Assembly (NCBI GenBank): GCA_018819225.1
Contig: JAHJQN010000003.1
Location: 192,001 to 256,000, forward strand
DNA length: 64,000 nucleotides
Direction: 5' to 3'
Origin: Candidatus Micrarchaeota archaeon
GTDB lineage: Archaea; Micrarchaeota; Micrarchaeia; Norongarragalinales; SBBD01
The notes beneath the pieces were generated by a model, which saw only the letters and a list, made by a program, of their open reading frames with translations, ran no database searches and was not told the DNA's origin. The position numbers and the translations under genes were made by a program. The stretch's first letter is position 1; each line of letters starts with the position of its first letter. Positions 18,535 to 28,147 of the stretch are shown here, piece after piece.

Positions 18535-19727
18535 TACGGATTACCTCTTCGGCAGAACATCGGGTCGTTGTTGTTGCCCATAACGGTATTGTTGGTGCAT
18601 CCTTGAATGTCGGAAGGACAATCGTTTTCGTTGCAACCGCCGGTCACATCCCCGCACAAGTAAAACGCACAATTTCCATACCCAGTCAAATCATTGTCCT
18701 GGAACCAATTATCGTTCGTTAGACCCACCGCATCCAAATAAACGCCGAATTGCGTGTTGTCGGTCAAGGCGTTCGCTTGAACCCAAGCGCTGTCCGCCTT
18801 CCAGAACTTAATCCCAAAGGCATTCGTTGAAATGTCGTTGGCTAGAAGTCGTAGGCCGGTGCACGTATCGCACTGAACCCCTATATCACTCGCCGTAATG
18901 GTATTCACAAGAAGCTCTGCGTTGGTCGCCCCTGATTTGATAAGAAAACCGATACCGGCTCCCGCGTTAGTGCAACCGGAGAACTGGTTTCCCGTTGCGG
19001 TGAGATCAGGGGTATTATCAATAGAAGAGCACGTTGGAACATTTTGAACCGTGTTAGAAATCAAATCCATTTGGTTATTTCCGTCGACGAAGATTCCTTC
19101 GTTTCCCGACCCGCCTCCATCAATCGCATTACCTTCCACTCGCGCGTTCGTGCCGCCCGTCACGTCGATTCCGGCAAGAGAAAATGAATTCAACGTATTA
19201 CTGATTACGTAACTATTGTCCACGTTGACAACGGATACGTCGACATTAAAACCTTCAATCGTGCAACCCCGTATAGTCATCGAATCCCCGATCTGGGCAC
19301 GAACTCCATAGGATCCGGCGGCGCCATTCGAAATCGTGTGACCGGTACAATCAAGTTCCACATTCGTTCCTTGCAGCGTAATGCACGAAGACGAGGTTCC
19401 TGATCCGTCAAAAGCGATGTTCCGTGTTAACACATAGCGTACATCGTCCGCCCAATAATCGCCATCTGCCATCTCGCAATCTAATAGTTCCACGGGAGTC
19501 GGCGGCTGGGCTGGAGGGGATACCTCGAAAAAATCAGACGGAACCGCGGAACCGTTCGGTGCCTGTGGAATGTAATCCAGAAACTCTTCCACTTCCTGAG
19601 ACGTCAAATCGATCTCGTTCTCCGCGCTACCCAACAAGTTCGTGCGCGTCACCATGAACACGAGAACGATAAACAGCATCGCTCCTCCGATCAAGAACAC
19701 GTACTCTAAAGCGGTTTGGGCCTTCAT
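18534..19727 (-). CDS. Type IV pilin-like protein (class III signal peptide) with right-handed beta-helix (NosD/CASH-like) domain
   Basis: MKA^QTALEY class III cleavage motif with E+5 and hydrophobic helix; CITLQGTNVELDCTGHTI then parallel beta-helix repeats; Cys-rich C-terminus. Confidence 0.85.
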   Translation of the reverse strand: MKAQTALEYVFLIGGAMLFIVLVFMVTRTNLLGSAENEIDLTSQEVEEFLDYIPQAPNGSAVPSDFFEVSPPAQPPTPVELLDCEMADGDYWADDVRYVLTRNIAFDGSGTSSSCITLQGTNVELDCTGHTISNGAAGSYGVRAQIGDSMTIRGCTIEGFNVDVSVVNVDNSYVISNTLNSFSLAGIDVTGGTNARVEGNAIDGGGSGNEGIFVDGNNQMDLISNTVQNVPTCSSIDNTPDLTATGNQFSGCTNAGAGIGFLIKSGATNAELLVNTITASDIGVQCDTCTGLRLLANDISTNAFGIKFWKADSAWVQANALTDNTQFGVYLDAVGLTNDNWFQDNDLTGYGNCAFYLCGDVTGGCNENDCPSDIQGCTNNTVMGNNNDPMFCRRGNP

Positions 19728-21757
19728 GCGGACACGTTCACCTTTTTCTTGACCTCAATGTCTTCCTTGCAATTCGGACACGCGTACACGAAGTGATCGG
19801 GGTGCGGCTTGATTTTTGGACTACAGTTCGCGCACAAGCCTTTACCGCAATACGGGCAGAAAATGATGCGCGAGTTTTGCGCGTGACACGTCGGACACCC
19901 CATGGATTTGTTGGCCTCCATTTTCACGAACGCGATATCCGATTCTTTCTTATCGGCCATCCCGCGCAATTGTTGAAATACTTCCGACTGCTTTTCCCTT
20001 GCTTTTTCCTCCTTCTTTTCAGGCAACAGATCTTCAAACGAGAGCTTGGCCGCGGGCTCTGTGGCTGCGGCCTTCTCCTTCGACGGCGCGTTCACCGACA
20101 GTTTATTCCTCAAGCCTCCTTTGCGCTCCGAGTCCTTGAGCTGCGAGTAAACATCCGAGACGATACTATCGAAGTTTTCACTGCGGGCCGTTTCCCGATT
20201 CGCGATCACGCTGACGTCATCCGAGTCCGTACCTTGAGAGGACATGTATCGACGGCGCACCATTTTCGGAGCCGTTTTTTCGGGCGCTCCGGACACGAGG
20301 GCGTCCGCCATTTCGTCTTCCTCGGTCGGCGGCGCCGGTTCATGGCGCTCGGAATACATGCGGCGCGGTCCGTGAACCGTCATGATGATATCGTCCGAGG
20401 AATGCGGCTCCGGATTTTCTTGGGCATTCGGAGACTCTTGAGAATCGTCCGCCGTGATTTCGCGTAATTGTCCGGTGCGCGTGCGTTCGGTCTTGCTGGA
20501 CTTTCCTCCTTCTGGTTTCAACGGGATGACGCTCGGTTCCATGATTTCCTTGTACGAGGTTTGGATGGGCTCGACGCGCGTCTTCTGTTTCTTGGCGCGT
20601 TCTTCTTCCACGACACGCGTGATCGTCGCCAGATGGCCCCCGGATTCTTGCGGGTGCGGCGTCTTCGGTGCAGCAGAAAGTTCTTTGCGCGGCAAGGGCC
20701 CCATTCCGTGCAACCGCAACGGTTCTTTGGAAGGCGCTTTCAGGATCGTCAACGGTTTTTCCACTAATTTCTTCGGTTTTGATTTCGTTTGAAGCATGGA
20801 AAACAAACCGGTCAGCATCCCGCCTTTTTTCGGTTCAATATAGGATTCTTCTTGCTTGAGTTTCAAAATGATTTGTCTTCGTTTGGCTTCTTTATCTAAC
20901 GGTTTTTGTTCCCGGGGAGGAAGCACGTCCTGCGTTCGAGCAGGTGGGAGGAGAGCGTGATTCGGAACGATTTTTTCAGGAACGGGTTTCGCGCGTTCGG
21001 CGGGATGGGAAGGCGCGGGAGATGCGGGTGGGACTTGCTCGGGCGGCTTGGATTCGGAAACGCTTTCCTTTTGAACGCGTTTCAGGCGCTCCGCCGGAGA
21101 CATCCGTTGAAGTTCCTTTTCTTTTTCAGATGGTTTTTGGGGTTGGACGGGTTTGAAGGAGTCGGTGCGCATGACGCGCGTCAGATCCAAATCCAATGGC
21201 GTTTCGGGAGAGGGTTCGGGTTCTTTGCGTTGAACGGGTTTCGCGATAGCCGGCGCAGCCGGATGAAGCGGCGCGACGGGAGATGATGCATGCACGGGTT
21301 TCGTCTCGCGTTCTTTGCGATAACGCAGTTCGGGTTTATGCGATTCGTGCGAATCCGATGCCGGTTTGGATTCGTGATGCGCCGGTTCGGATTCGCGGTG
21401 CTGGGGAACGAATGCAATCGATGACGAGGCCATGGGAATGCCCACCGTCAAAAAATTGCTTTGAAAAATCAAAAAATAGAGTTTGAGTACGCCGAACGCG
21501 CCAATGATGAGGAGAAAGAACACCAGGGGAAAGAGCCCTTGGCGCGTCACCACGTCCGCACTGTTGTATACGTAGTCGACGATGAATGCGGCAATGGCGA
21601 TCAGGAAACCGGATATGGCGGAAACCCCCATCTTCAGGTTCAAGTCGAACAAGCGCACTTCGGGGTAGGTGAGTCGTAATAAGAGGTAGCCTAAGGCCAC
21701 GGAACCCAACGCAAAGTACGCGTAGTACGCTATAGACCACCCCGACAGATCGGCCAT
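19724..21757 (-). CDS. Membrane protein with long Pro/Glu/Lys-rich disordered region and C-terminal 8-Cys zinc-binding domain
   Basis: Three N-terminal TM helices, about 500 aa of low-complexity sequence, then CPTC/CPYC/CANC/CPNC. Confidence 0.75.
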   Translation of the reverse strand: MADLSGWSIAYYAYFALGSVALGYLLLRLTYPEVRLFDLNLKMGVSAISGFLIAIAAFIVDYVYNSADVVTRQGLFPLVFFLLIIGAFGVLKLYFLIFQSNFLTVGIPMASSSIAFVPQHRESEPAHHESKPASDSHESHKPELRYRKERETKPVHASSPVAPLHPAAPAIAKPVQRKEPEPSPETPLDLDLTRVMRTDSFKPVQPQKPSEKEKELQRMSPAERLKRVQKESVSESKPPEQVPPASPAPSHPAERAKPVPEKIVPNHALLPPARTQDVLPPREQKPLDKEAKRRQIILKLKQEESYIEPKKGGMLTGLFSMLQTKSKPKKLVEKPLTILKAPSKEPLRLHGMGPLPRKELSAAPKTPHPQESGGHLATITRVVEEERAKKQKTRVEPIQTSYKEIMEPSVIPLKPEGGKSSKTERTRTGQLREITADDSQESPNAQENPEPHSSDDIIMTVHGPRRMYSERHEPAPPTEEDEMADALVSGAPEKTAPKMVRRRYMSSQGTDSDDVSVIANRETARSENFDSIVSDVYSQLKDSERKGGLRNKLSVNAPSKEKAAATEPAAKLSFEDLLPEKKEEKAREKQSEVFQQLRGMADKKESDIAFVKMEANKSMGCPTCHAQNSRIIFCPYCGKGLCANCSPKIKPHPDHFVYACPNCKEDIEVKKKVNVSA

Positions 21758-21820
21758 ACGAATGCAAGAGCCGGAAGTATATTTAAGGTTGGCGATGCTA
21801 GAACGTGCGAGGGGTATTGC

Positions 21821-23116
21821 ATGGAATTCCAGCCGATTGCGTCTTTACTTCACGAGAGTCAACATGAAAAAAAGGTGCGCGTGCGCGGTTGGGTGCACCG
21901 CAAGCGCTCCTCCGGCGGTGTTGCGTTTATTGTCATCCGCGATGCCAGCGGCATCATTCAAGTAGCCGTCAAGAAAGACCGCGTATCCGATGAATCCATG
22001 CGAGCAGCTGAAGAAGCGCTCATGGAAGCGCATGTTGAAACCGAAGGCATTGTTCAAAAAGACCGCCGGGCACCCGGAGGCTTTGAAATGCGTGCGTTGG
22101 ATTTCCGTATACGGCATTCCGCCAAACCGTTTCCGATTAGTCGAGACAAAAGCACGGAATTCTTGTTGGATATACGGCATTTATGGATCCGCAGCCAGCA
22201 ACAGACGCACGTCATGAAAGTGAAGGCGCAGATGCTGGAAAGCATTCGCCTCCTCTTCAAAAAGAAAGGGTACTTCGAGACCACGCCGCCCATCATCGTC
22301 AGCGGCGCGTGCGAAGGGGGAAGCACCTTGTTTACGTTCGATTATTTCGGGAAAAAAGCCTTTCTTTCGCAGAGCGCGCAGTTGTATTTGGAAGCGCTCA
22401 TTTACTCGTTGGAGAAAGTCTATGCCATCACCCCTTCGTTTCGCGCGGAAAAAAGTCGTACGGTGCGCCATCTCGCCGAGTATTGGCACGTGGAAGGCGA
22501 GGAGGCGTACATGGACTTGGACGGCTTGTTGAAATTCGAGGAAGAACTCGTTACGTTTGTATGCCACGATCTGGCGAAGAAGAGCAGCGAAGAATTGCGT
22601 GCATTGGGCCGCGATCCCGCGGAATTACTGAAAGTAAAAACTCCGTTCAAGCGCTTGCGTTATAATGACGCGGTCGAATTACTGCGTGAGAAAGGCAGTC
22701 ACATCAAGGAGGGGCATGATTTGGGTGCCGAAGAAGAACGATTATTGACGGAAAAGGAAGCCCAGCCCATTTTTGTCACGCATTTTCCGAAGAAAATCAA
22801 GGCGTTTTACATGAGTGAAGACCCGGAGGACTCGAAAACCGTGTTATGCAATGACTGCCTTGCCCCTGAAGGATATGGGGAAATCATTGGGGGATCGCAG
22901 CGCGAAGACGACGTGAAAAAACTGGAGGCGCGCCTTCGAACGGAAGGCCAAAACCCGAATAACTACGAGTGGTATCTTGATCTGCGACGGTACGGGTCCG
23001 TCCCCCATTCCGGATTCGGTTTGGGCGCCGAACGATTGCTGCGTTGGATTGCGAAATTGGAGCACATTCGAGATACCGTACCGTTCCCGCGCGTCATTAA
23101 CCGCAGCTATCCTTGA
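21821..23116 (+). CDS. asnS: Asparagine--tRNA ligase
   Basis: OB-fold VRGWVHRKR, RHLWIRS, SQSAQLYLE, FRAEKSRTVRHLAEYWHVEGE, GEIIGGSQRE, PHSGFGLG.ER. Confidence 0.93.
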   Translation: MEFQPIASLLHESQHEKKVRVRGWVHRKRSSGGVAFIVIRDASGIIQVAVKKDRVSDESMRAAEEALMEAHVETEGIVQKDRRAPGGFEMRALDFRIRHSAKPFPISRDKSTEFLLDIRHLWIRSQQQTHVMKVKAQMLESIRLLFKKKGYFETTPPIIVSGACEGGSTLFTFDYFGKKAFLSQSAQLYLEALIYSLEKVYAITPSFRAEKSRTVRHLAEYWHVEGEEAYMDLDGLLKFEEELVTFVCHDLAKKSSEELRALGRDPAELLKVKTPFKRLRYNDAVELLREKGSHIKEGHDLGAEEERLLTEKEAQPIFVTHFPKKIKAFYMSEDPEDSKTVLCNDCLAPEGYGEIIGGSQREDDVKKLEARLRTEGQNPNNYEWYLDLRRYGSVPHSGFGLGAERLLRWIAKLEHIRDTVPFPRVINRSYP

Positions 23117-23122
23117 AGGGAC

Positions 23123-23977
23123 ATGAAACCCAAACTCCGCATCATCAGTCTCACGGTTGCCGCCAACCTGCTCCTCATTCTCGCCAAGCTCTTCGTGGCG
23201 CTCATTACCGGAAGCCTGGCGGTATTCGCCACGCTCATCGACTCCATTTTCGACTTGCTGGCCAGCTTCATCGCCTTTTTTGGGCTCAAGGAATCCGAGA
23301 AACCCGCTGACGCCGAACATCCCTACGGACACGAAAAATTCGAGCACGTGAGCAGCCTCGCAGTCGTCTCGTTCATTTTCTTGACCGCACTATACATTGC
23401 GTACGAAGCCGTTCAACGTCTTCTATCCCCCACCGCCCTATCCATTACGGGACTCGAGCTCGCGGTACTACTGGGAACCATTGCCCTCGACATTCTTCTC
23501 GTCCGGTACTTGAACAAACACGTCCCGCGCCATAAGAGTTTGCTGCTGGAAGCCACGCGAGCGCATTATTCTGCTGACGTACTACAAAACGGCGTCGCGG
23601 TAGTCGGCGTACTGTTCTCGAGTATGGGTTACCCGCTGGCGGATCCCATTGCCGCCCTCACCATCACTTATTTCATCGTCAAACCCGCGTTCCGCGTCGG
23701 ACAGAAGAGTTTCAGTGAACTCGTGGACACGAGTCCCTCGCCCGAAACACTTGAAAAACTGAGGGAAATCATTCGCTCCACGTCTGGCGTCAGGGGATAC
23801 ACGAAACTGCGTGCACGGCAAGTCGCCGGAAAAATTTATTTGGATTTCGAAATGCAGGTGGACGGAGCCAAGAGTGTTTCCAAAGCGCATGCCCTGGCGC
23901 ATCACTTGCAAGAACGTCTAAAGAAACGCGTTCCCGCGGTGAAAGATGTGGTCATTCACATTGAACCCAAGCGCTAA
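23123..23977 (+). CDS. Cation diffusion facilitator (FieF/YiiP-like)
   Basis: DSIFD, KPADAEHPYGHEKFE, HYSAD, ADPIAA, C-terminal DVVIHIEP. Confidence 0.92.
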   Translation: MKPKLRIISLTVAANLLLILAKLFVALITGSLAVFATLIDSIFDLLASFIAFFGLKESEKPADAEHPYGHEKFEHVSSLAVVSFIFLTALYIAYEAVQRLLSPTALSITGLELAVLLGTIALDILLVRYLNKHVPRHKSLLLEATRAHYSADVLQNGVAVVGVLFSSMGYPLADPIAALTITYFIVKPAFRVGQKSFSELVDTSPSPETLEKLREIIRSTSGVRGYTKLRARQVAGKIYLDFEMQVDGAKSVSKAHALAHHLQERLKKRVPAVKDVVIHIEPKR

Positions 23978-25158
23978 ATCCGTTTCTCGGCCTCGTCCAA
24001 ATCGCCTTCCGCCAGCAAATCGAACACGGCTTCCGCGTCCTCCATCTCCACGCCGTTCTCCTTCAAACGCAGACGCAACCACTCCATTCCCAATTCCCTG
24101 GCCCCCTTTTTTTCCTCCCGCAGTTTCCGCAGCAAACCAATTTTCTCCTTCAATTCCTTGGATTCGAAGCGTTTCTCTATATACAATTGCAACTGCGAAC
24201 CGTACTTCGCTTCCAAAGGCTCGACGTCAACGGCCGAGGAAACGAATCCTTTATCTAAAGACCCTTTCAGGATGCACCGAACGGACGGTTTTCTCCCGGA
24301 ATGCGTTTCGGCCAGGGGCTTCAAACGCGTATCCAATGCGTCAATCACCGCATGAGGCGACGCGTTCTCGAACGAAATCTCTATAAAATGGAACGGCCGG
24401 CTATTGATTTCATGAAACCGCGCTTCCCGCGTCCGCGTATCAAACACGTAAAACCCTTTCGGTTGTTCCTCGCGCTTGCGCATCTGCGTAATGACCGTGC
24501 TACCCGGAACGATTAACCGTCTCCCGTTTTTCTCTTGATCGACATTCCAATGAATATGGCCATTCAGATACAAGTCAAAACCTCCGGGAAGCTCTTGAAG
24601 AGAAATAAAATCCTCTTTCTCGAACGGAAGCAGCTCCCGCAAACTCTGATGGAAGACCAGCAGATTAAACGCGTTTTTTTCCGGGGTGAATGAAGCGGCT
24701 TGCAAGGTCTTGCGCACGTACTCCTCGGGAACGCCTTGCATGCCCTGCACGCATACTCGCTCCCCGTCCTTCTCCAAAAGAATCTGACGCGCGTGCACGT
24801 TGATCAATAAGCCTGCTTCCGCAAGAATTTGAATGATGTTCGTCATGCCCTTGCTTCTGCGTTCGTGCGTCCCGGGAATCGCAAGCAACGGCACTCCTTT
24901 CCAAACCACTTTTTTTTCCGCGTCCGCCACTTTTTCCGTGATCGAAACCGTTGAAGAGCCCGTTTGCTGAATTTCGCGAAACACGCGCACGCCCTCGTGA
25001 ATGACTTCCTGCTTCGGCACGCGGGAATCAAACAAATCACCGGGAAGAATGATGGCATCCACGTCGCGATCCAACGCCGCCCGTAGCGCTTCGCGGGCTT
25101 GGGGAGCGCTATCTTCGCTAAAACCGAAATGCGTATCGGAAACAAAAGCCAGCTTCAT
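23974..25158 (-). CDS. mre11: Mre11/SbcD-family DNA repair nuclease
   Basis: SDTHFG, GDLFD, PGTHE, FHQ, GHIH, PGS metallophosphoesterase motifs plus capping domain. Confidence 0.88.
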   Translation of the reverse strand: MKLAFVSDTHFGFSEDSAPQAREALRAALDRDVDAIILPGDLFDSRVPKQEVIHEGVRVFREIQQTGSSTVSITEKVADAEKKVVWKGVPLLAIPGTHERRSKGMTNIIQILAEAGLLINVHARQILLEKDGERVCVQGMQGVPEEYVRKTLQAASFTPEKNAFNLLVFHQSLRELLPFEKEDFISLQELPGGFDLYLNGHIHWNVDQEKNGRRLIVPGSTVITQMRKREEQPKGFYVFDTRTREARFHEINSRPFHFIEISFENASPHAVIDALDTRLKPLAETHSGRKPSVRCILKGSLDKGFVSSAVDVEPLEAKYGSQLQLYIEKRFESKELKEKIGLLRKLREEKKGARELGMEWLRLRLKENGVEMEDAEAVFDLLAEGDLDEAEKRI

Positions 25159-25162
25159 ACCA

Positions 25163-25294
25163 TCAACGAATCGGTACGGGAATCACTCCCGTCACCATAA
25201 GCAGAACCACGAGCACGGTCAACGCGTAATAATTTTCTTCCTGCAACATCAGCCCGCCAAGCCCCACAATGACTAAAAACATGAACGCGTCCAC
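25163..25294 (-). CDS. Putative small two-TM membrane protein (43 aa)
   Basis: GTG start after a GGGGGA RBS; two hydrophobic stretches; stop lies 4 nt before mre11. Confidence 0.35.
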   Translation of the reverse strand: MDAFMFLVIVGLGGLMLQEENYYALTVLVVLLMVTGVIPVPIR

Positions 25295-25420
25295 TTTCTT
25301 TCCCCCACTAGTTTCTCGAGAAGGCAAACGTAATAAACATTCTGTCGCCCGCGTTCCCGCCACACCCATTAAAACGAAACCGCATGCACGGCCCACACGC
25401 TTTTAAATAGGCTTCGAGTT

Positions 25421-25864
25421 ATGGATGCGAGTCGTATGGTCGAATGGTACGTGTATGCTCTCGTCACTATGCTCTTCTTTTCCTTTGGCAACATTGCGCT
25501 GAAGGAGCTCTTGAAGAATGACGTGGGTCAAATCATTGAAAAGAACCAACCTATTTTTCTTACAGCGGTCGGGGTGCTGGTGGCCATTCTCGTCATCCTG
25601 TATTTCACGCACCTGCGCTTCTTGGTCATGCCATCGGACTTCGGCAAATTGACTCTCTTGTTTTTGCTGCTCGCGGGAATCGGTTTTATTTCGCTGATCA
25701 TGGCCGTGCAAAGCGGCAAGATCGCGTTGGTTACCGCGATCGTCAGCAGCTCGAGCGTCATGGTCGCCATCCTGTCGGTTCTCTTGCTCAATGACACGCT
25801 CTCCATAAAGGAATGGGGCGGCATCGTACTCGTCACGTCGGGCGTTATGCTCATTATTCGTTAA
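25421..25864 (+). CDS. EamA/DMT-family small transporter
   Basis: Five TM helices; AVQSGKIALVTAI...LLNDTLSIKEWGGIVLV. Confidence 0.85.
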   Translation: MDASRMVEWYVYALVTMLFFSFGNIALKELLKNDVGQIIEKNQPIFLTAVGVLVAILVILYFTHLRFLVMPSDFGKLTLLFLLLAGIGFISLIMAVQSGKIALVTAIVSSSSVMVAILSVLLLNDTLSIKEWGGIVLVTSGVMLIIR

Positions 25865-25886
25865 TGATTGAAGAGGGGACTCGGGA

Positions 25887-26951
25887 ATGATATCGGATTC
25901 GCTGGCACCGTATTTGGATTGGACCGCGTTTGGAAACACGGGCGTCCAGTACATGGACTCGCTGATTTACTTCGTCACCGTAGTCATCGTACTCTGGATC
26001 TTCAAGAAAATCGTTTTATCCGCGTTGCATACCTTATCGCGTAAAACCCGGCACACGTACGACGATTACATTATTGATTTCATCCATGAGATCAAGGCCC
26101 CCGTGTACTTACTCACTGCACTATATGTTAGTACCCAGCCGCTGACGCTGGAACCCATTCTCTCGAAAGGCATCGAATATGCTCTCGCCATCGGAATCAT
26201 GTATTACGTGGTCAAGGGCGTGAACCGCGTCATCTCGGCCTTGGTGGACGCGTACACGGAAAAACGGCGCAAGAAAGGGGAACACGACGAAGCCATGATG
26301 AACGTGTTGAAAACCTTCGCGCACGCCATCATATGGGTCGTAGCCGCTTTACTCATCCTCGATAATCTGGGTCTGGATATCGGCGCACTACTTGCCGGAG
26401 TCGGAATCGGGGGCCTGGCAATCGCTCTGGCCGCTCAAGCCGTGCTCTCCGACATCCTCGCATCGTTCAGCATCTACTTCGACAAGCCCTTCAAAGTCGG
26501 CGATTTCATCATCATCGGAAGTGACATGGGCGTCGTGAAATACATTGGCATCAAAACCACGCGCATCCAAACCCTTCAAGGACAAGAGCTTGTCGTCTCC
26601 AACCAAGAACTCACGAGCACGCGCGTCAACAATTACAAGCGGATGCAAAAGCGTCGCATCCAATTCTCGTTCGGCATCGTGTACGGAACCCCGATAGCGA
26701 AAATGAAGAAGATCCCCGGCATGGTCAAGAAAATCGTCGACGCGAACCCCCTCTGCAAAACGGATCGCGTCCACTTCAAGAAATTCGGCGATTTCTCGCT
26801 GGATTACGAGGTCGTCTATTATTTGGACAGCGCGGACTACAACGTGTATATGGACGCTCAACAAACCATCAACTTGAACATCGCGGACGCATTCGAGAAA
26901 AACAAAATCGATTTCGCGTTCCCGACACAAACCGTCCATATCCAAAAGTAA
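25887..26951 (+). CDS. Small-conductance mechanosensitive channel (MscS/YnaI family)
   Basis: LAGVGIGGLAIALAAQ, DKPFKVGDFI, IGIKTTRI, IDFAFPTQT. Confidence 0.93.
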   Translation: MISDSLAPYLDWTAFGNTGVQYMDSLIYFVTVVIVLWIFKKIVLSALHTLSRKTRHTYDDYIIDFIHEIKAPVYLLTALYVSTQPLTLEPILSKGIEYALAIGIMYYVVKGVNRVISALVDAYTEKRRKKGEHDEAMMNVLKTFAHAIIWVVAALLILDNLGLDIGALLAGVGIGGLAIALAAQAVLSDILASFSIYFDKPFKVGDFIIIGSDMGVVKYIGIKTTRIQTLQGQELVVSNQELTSTRVNNYKRMQKRRIQFSFGIVYGTPIAKMKKIPGMVKKIVDANPLCKTDRVHFKKFGDFSLDYEVVYYLDSADYNVYMDAQQTINLNIADAFEKNKIDFAFPTQTVHIQK

Positions 26952-26966
26952 CGCGTGAATTGAATC

Positions 26967-27608
26967 ATGGTCTGGAAGGAATTCAATCAGTGGGCCTTTC
27001 CCCACGCGCGCATGCTCACGTACGCGGAAGCGTTGGTACTCCTGATTCTTGCGTTCGTGTCAGCCGACCAACGAGGATTCGACGCCGTCGAACTCGCGTC
27101 CAACTTAGGCTTTCTAGCGTTCGCCTACATCAGTTTTGCCCTCCTCGTTACGCCGCTTCGAAAAGTTCGCCCGACGTTTTCCTTGAACCCGACATTCGCT
27201 AAAGCCCGCCGAGCCGCCGGAGTCAGCGCATTCGTAATCGCGGCCCTCCACTACCTCATCTTATTCGGATTCTTCTTCAACGGAAACCTCGACGCGATTT
27301 TTGGGTTTAACGCGAACAACGGGAACGCGTTGGTTCCCGCTTACGGAGCCCTCCTCATCCTGTTCCTGCTCGCGCTGACCTCAACGGATTACGCGGTGCG
27401 CAAGCTCGGAAAGAAATGGTTCCGTTTGCACAAGCTCGCTTACCTCGCTTATCCCTTCATCGCGTTTCACGCTTGGCGGGTCGGCAATCACTTCAAAGAG
27501 CTTACGCTCTTTAGCGGGCTCTTCTTCTTCGTATTCGCGCTCACGCTACTATTTGAATTGCTGCGCCTTTGGAAAGAGCGTTTTCAACCCGCGAACTCTC
27601 CGATGTAG
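26967..27608 (+). CDS. Ferric-reductase-like heme-binding membrane protein (MsrQ/YedZ-like)
   Basis: LLVTPLR, RRAAGVSAF..AALH, LALTS, LGKKWFRLHKLAYLAY...FH with conserved His heme ligands. Confidence 0.85.
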   Translation: MVWKEFNQWAFPHARMLTYAEALVLLILAFVSADQRGFDAVELASNLGFLAFAYISFALLVTPLRKVRPTFSLNPTFAKARRAAGVSAFVIAALHYLILFGFFFNGNLDAIFGFNANNGNALVPAYGALLILFLLALTSTDYAVRKLGKKWFRLHKLAYLAYPFIAFHAWRVGNHFKELTLFSGLFFFVFALTLLFELLRLWKERFQPANSPM

Positions 27609-28069
27609 AAATTCGGAAGGAACGAGCGGGCTTTCTCGGAATGCGAGGTCCCTGAACCCATGGGACGCGTATTGAACAACTCCGTTGAATCAATGCCGCA
27701 TCCTTGCAGGATGGCATCACCACCTCCGTGATTTCCACCGGCAATGAAGGGGTTGACATCATACACTTTTCCATCAATCAATAACCAGCAATCTTCCGCG
27801 GAACCGTGCTGCGCGATTTCACCCATCGTAAACGTTAATACGTCCTCCGATGGCACCGGCACTTCCGTTGGTCCGGGAACGTCCGTAGGCTCGATGACAC
27901 CCGTCGGCATTGGCGGTTCTTCCAAGGTCGGAGACGGCGATTCTTCAATATTTCCAGTAGGCACAGGTGATGCCGTCGGCGCAGGGGCCGGCGCTTGCGT
28001 GCAGCCCGCTAATACGAGCGAGGCCAGCGCCACGAAAGAAAACAATCCGTTCTTCAGAATAAAAGACAT
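27584..28069 (-). CDS. Lipoprotein with cytochrome b5-like heme-binding domain
   Basis: Lipobox VLAGC; Pro/Thr linker; FTMGEIAQH..EDCWLLIDGKVYDV, HGGG, CGIDSTELF, SHSEKA, YIG. Confidence 0.88.
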   Translation of the reverse strand: MSFILKNGLFSFVALASLVLAGCTQAPAPAPTASPVPTGNIEESPSPTLEEPPMPTGVIEPTDVPGPTEVPVPSEDVLTFTMGEIAQHGSAEDCWLLIDGKVYDVNPFIAGGNHGGGDAILQGCGIDSTELFNTRPMGSGTSHSEKARSFLPNFYIGEFAG

Positions 28070-28147
28070 GCCAAATCACCTAATAGTAAATAGAGCGAGA
28101 TTTCGATCGGTTTGAGGATTATTAACGGTTTGGTTTAATCGCTCGAA

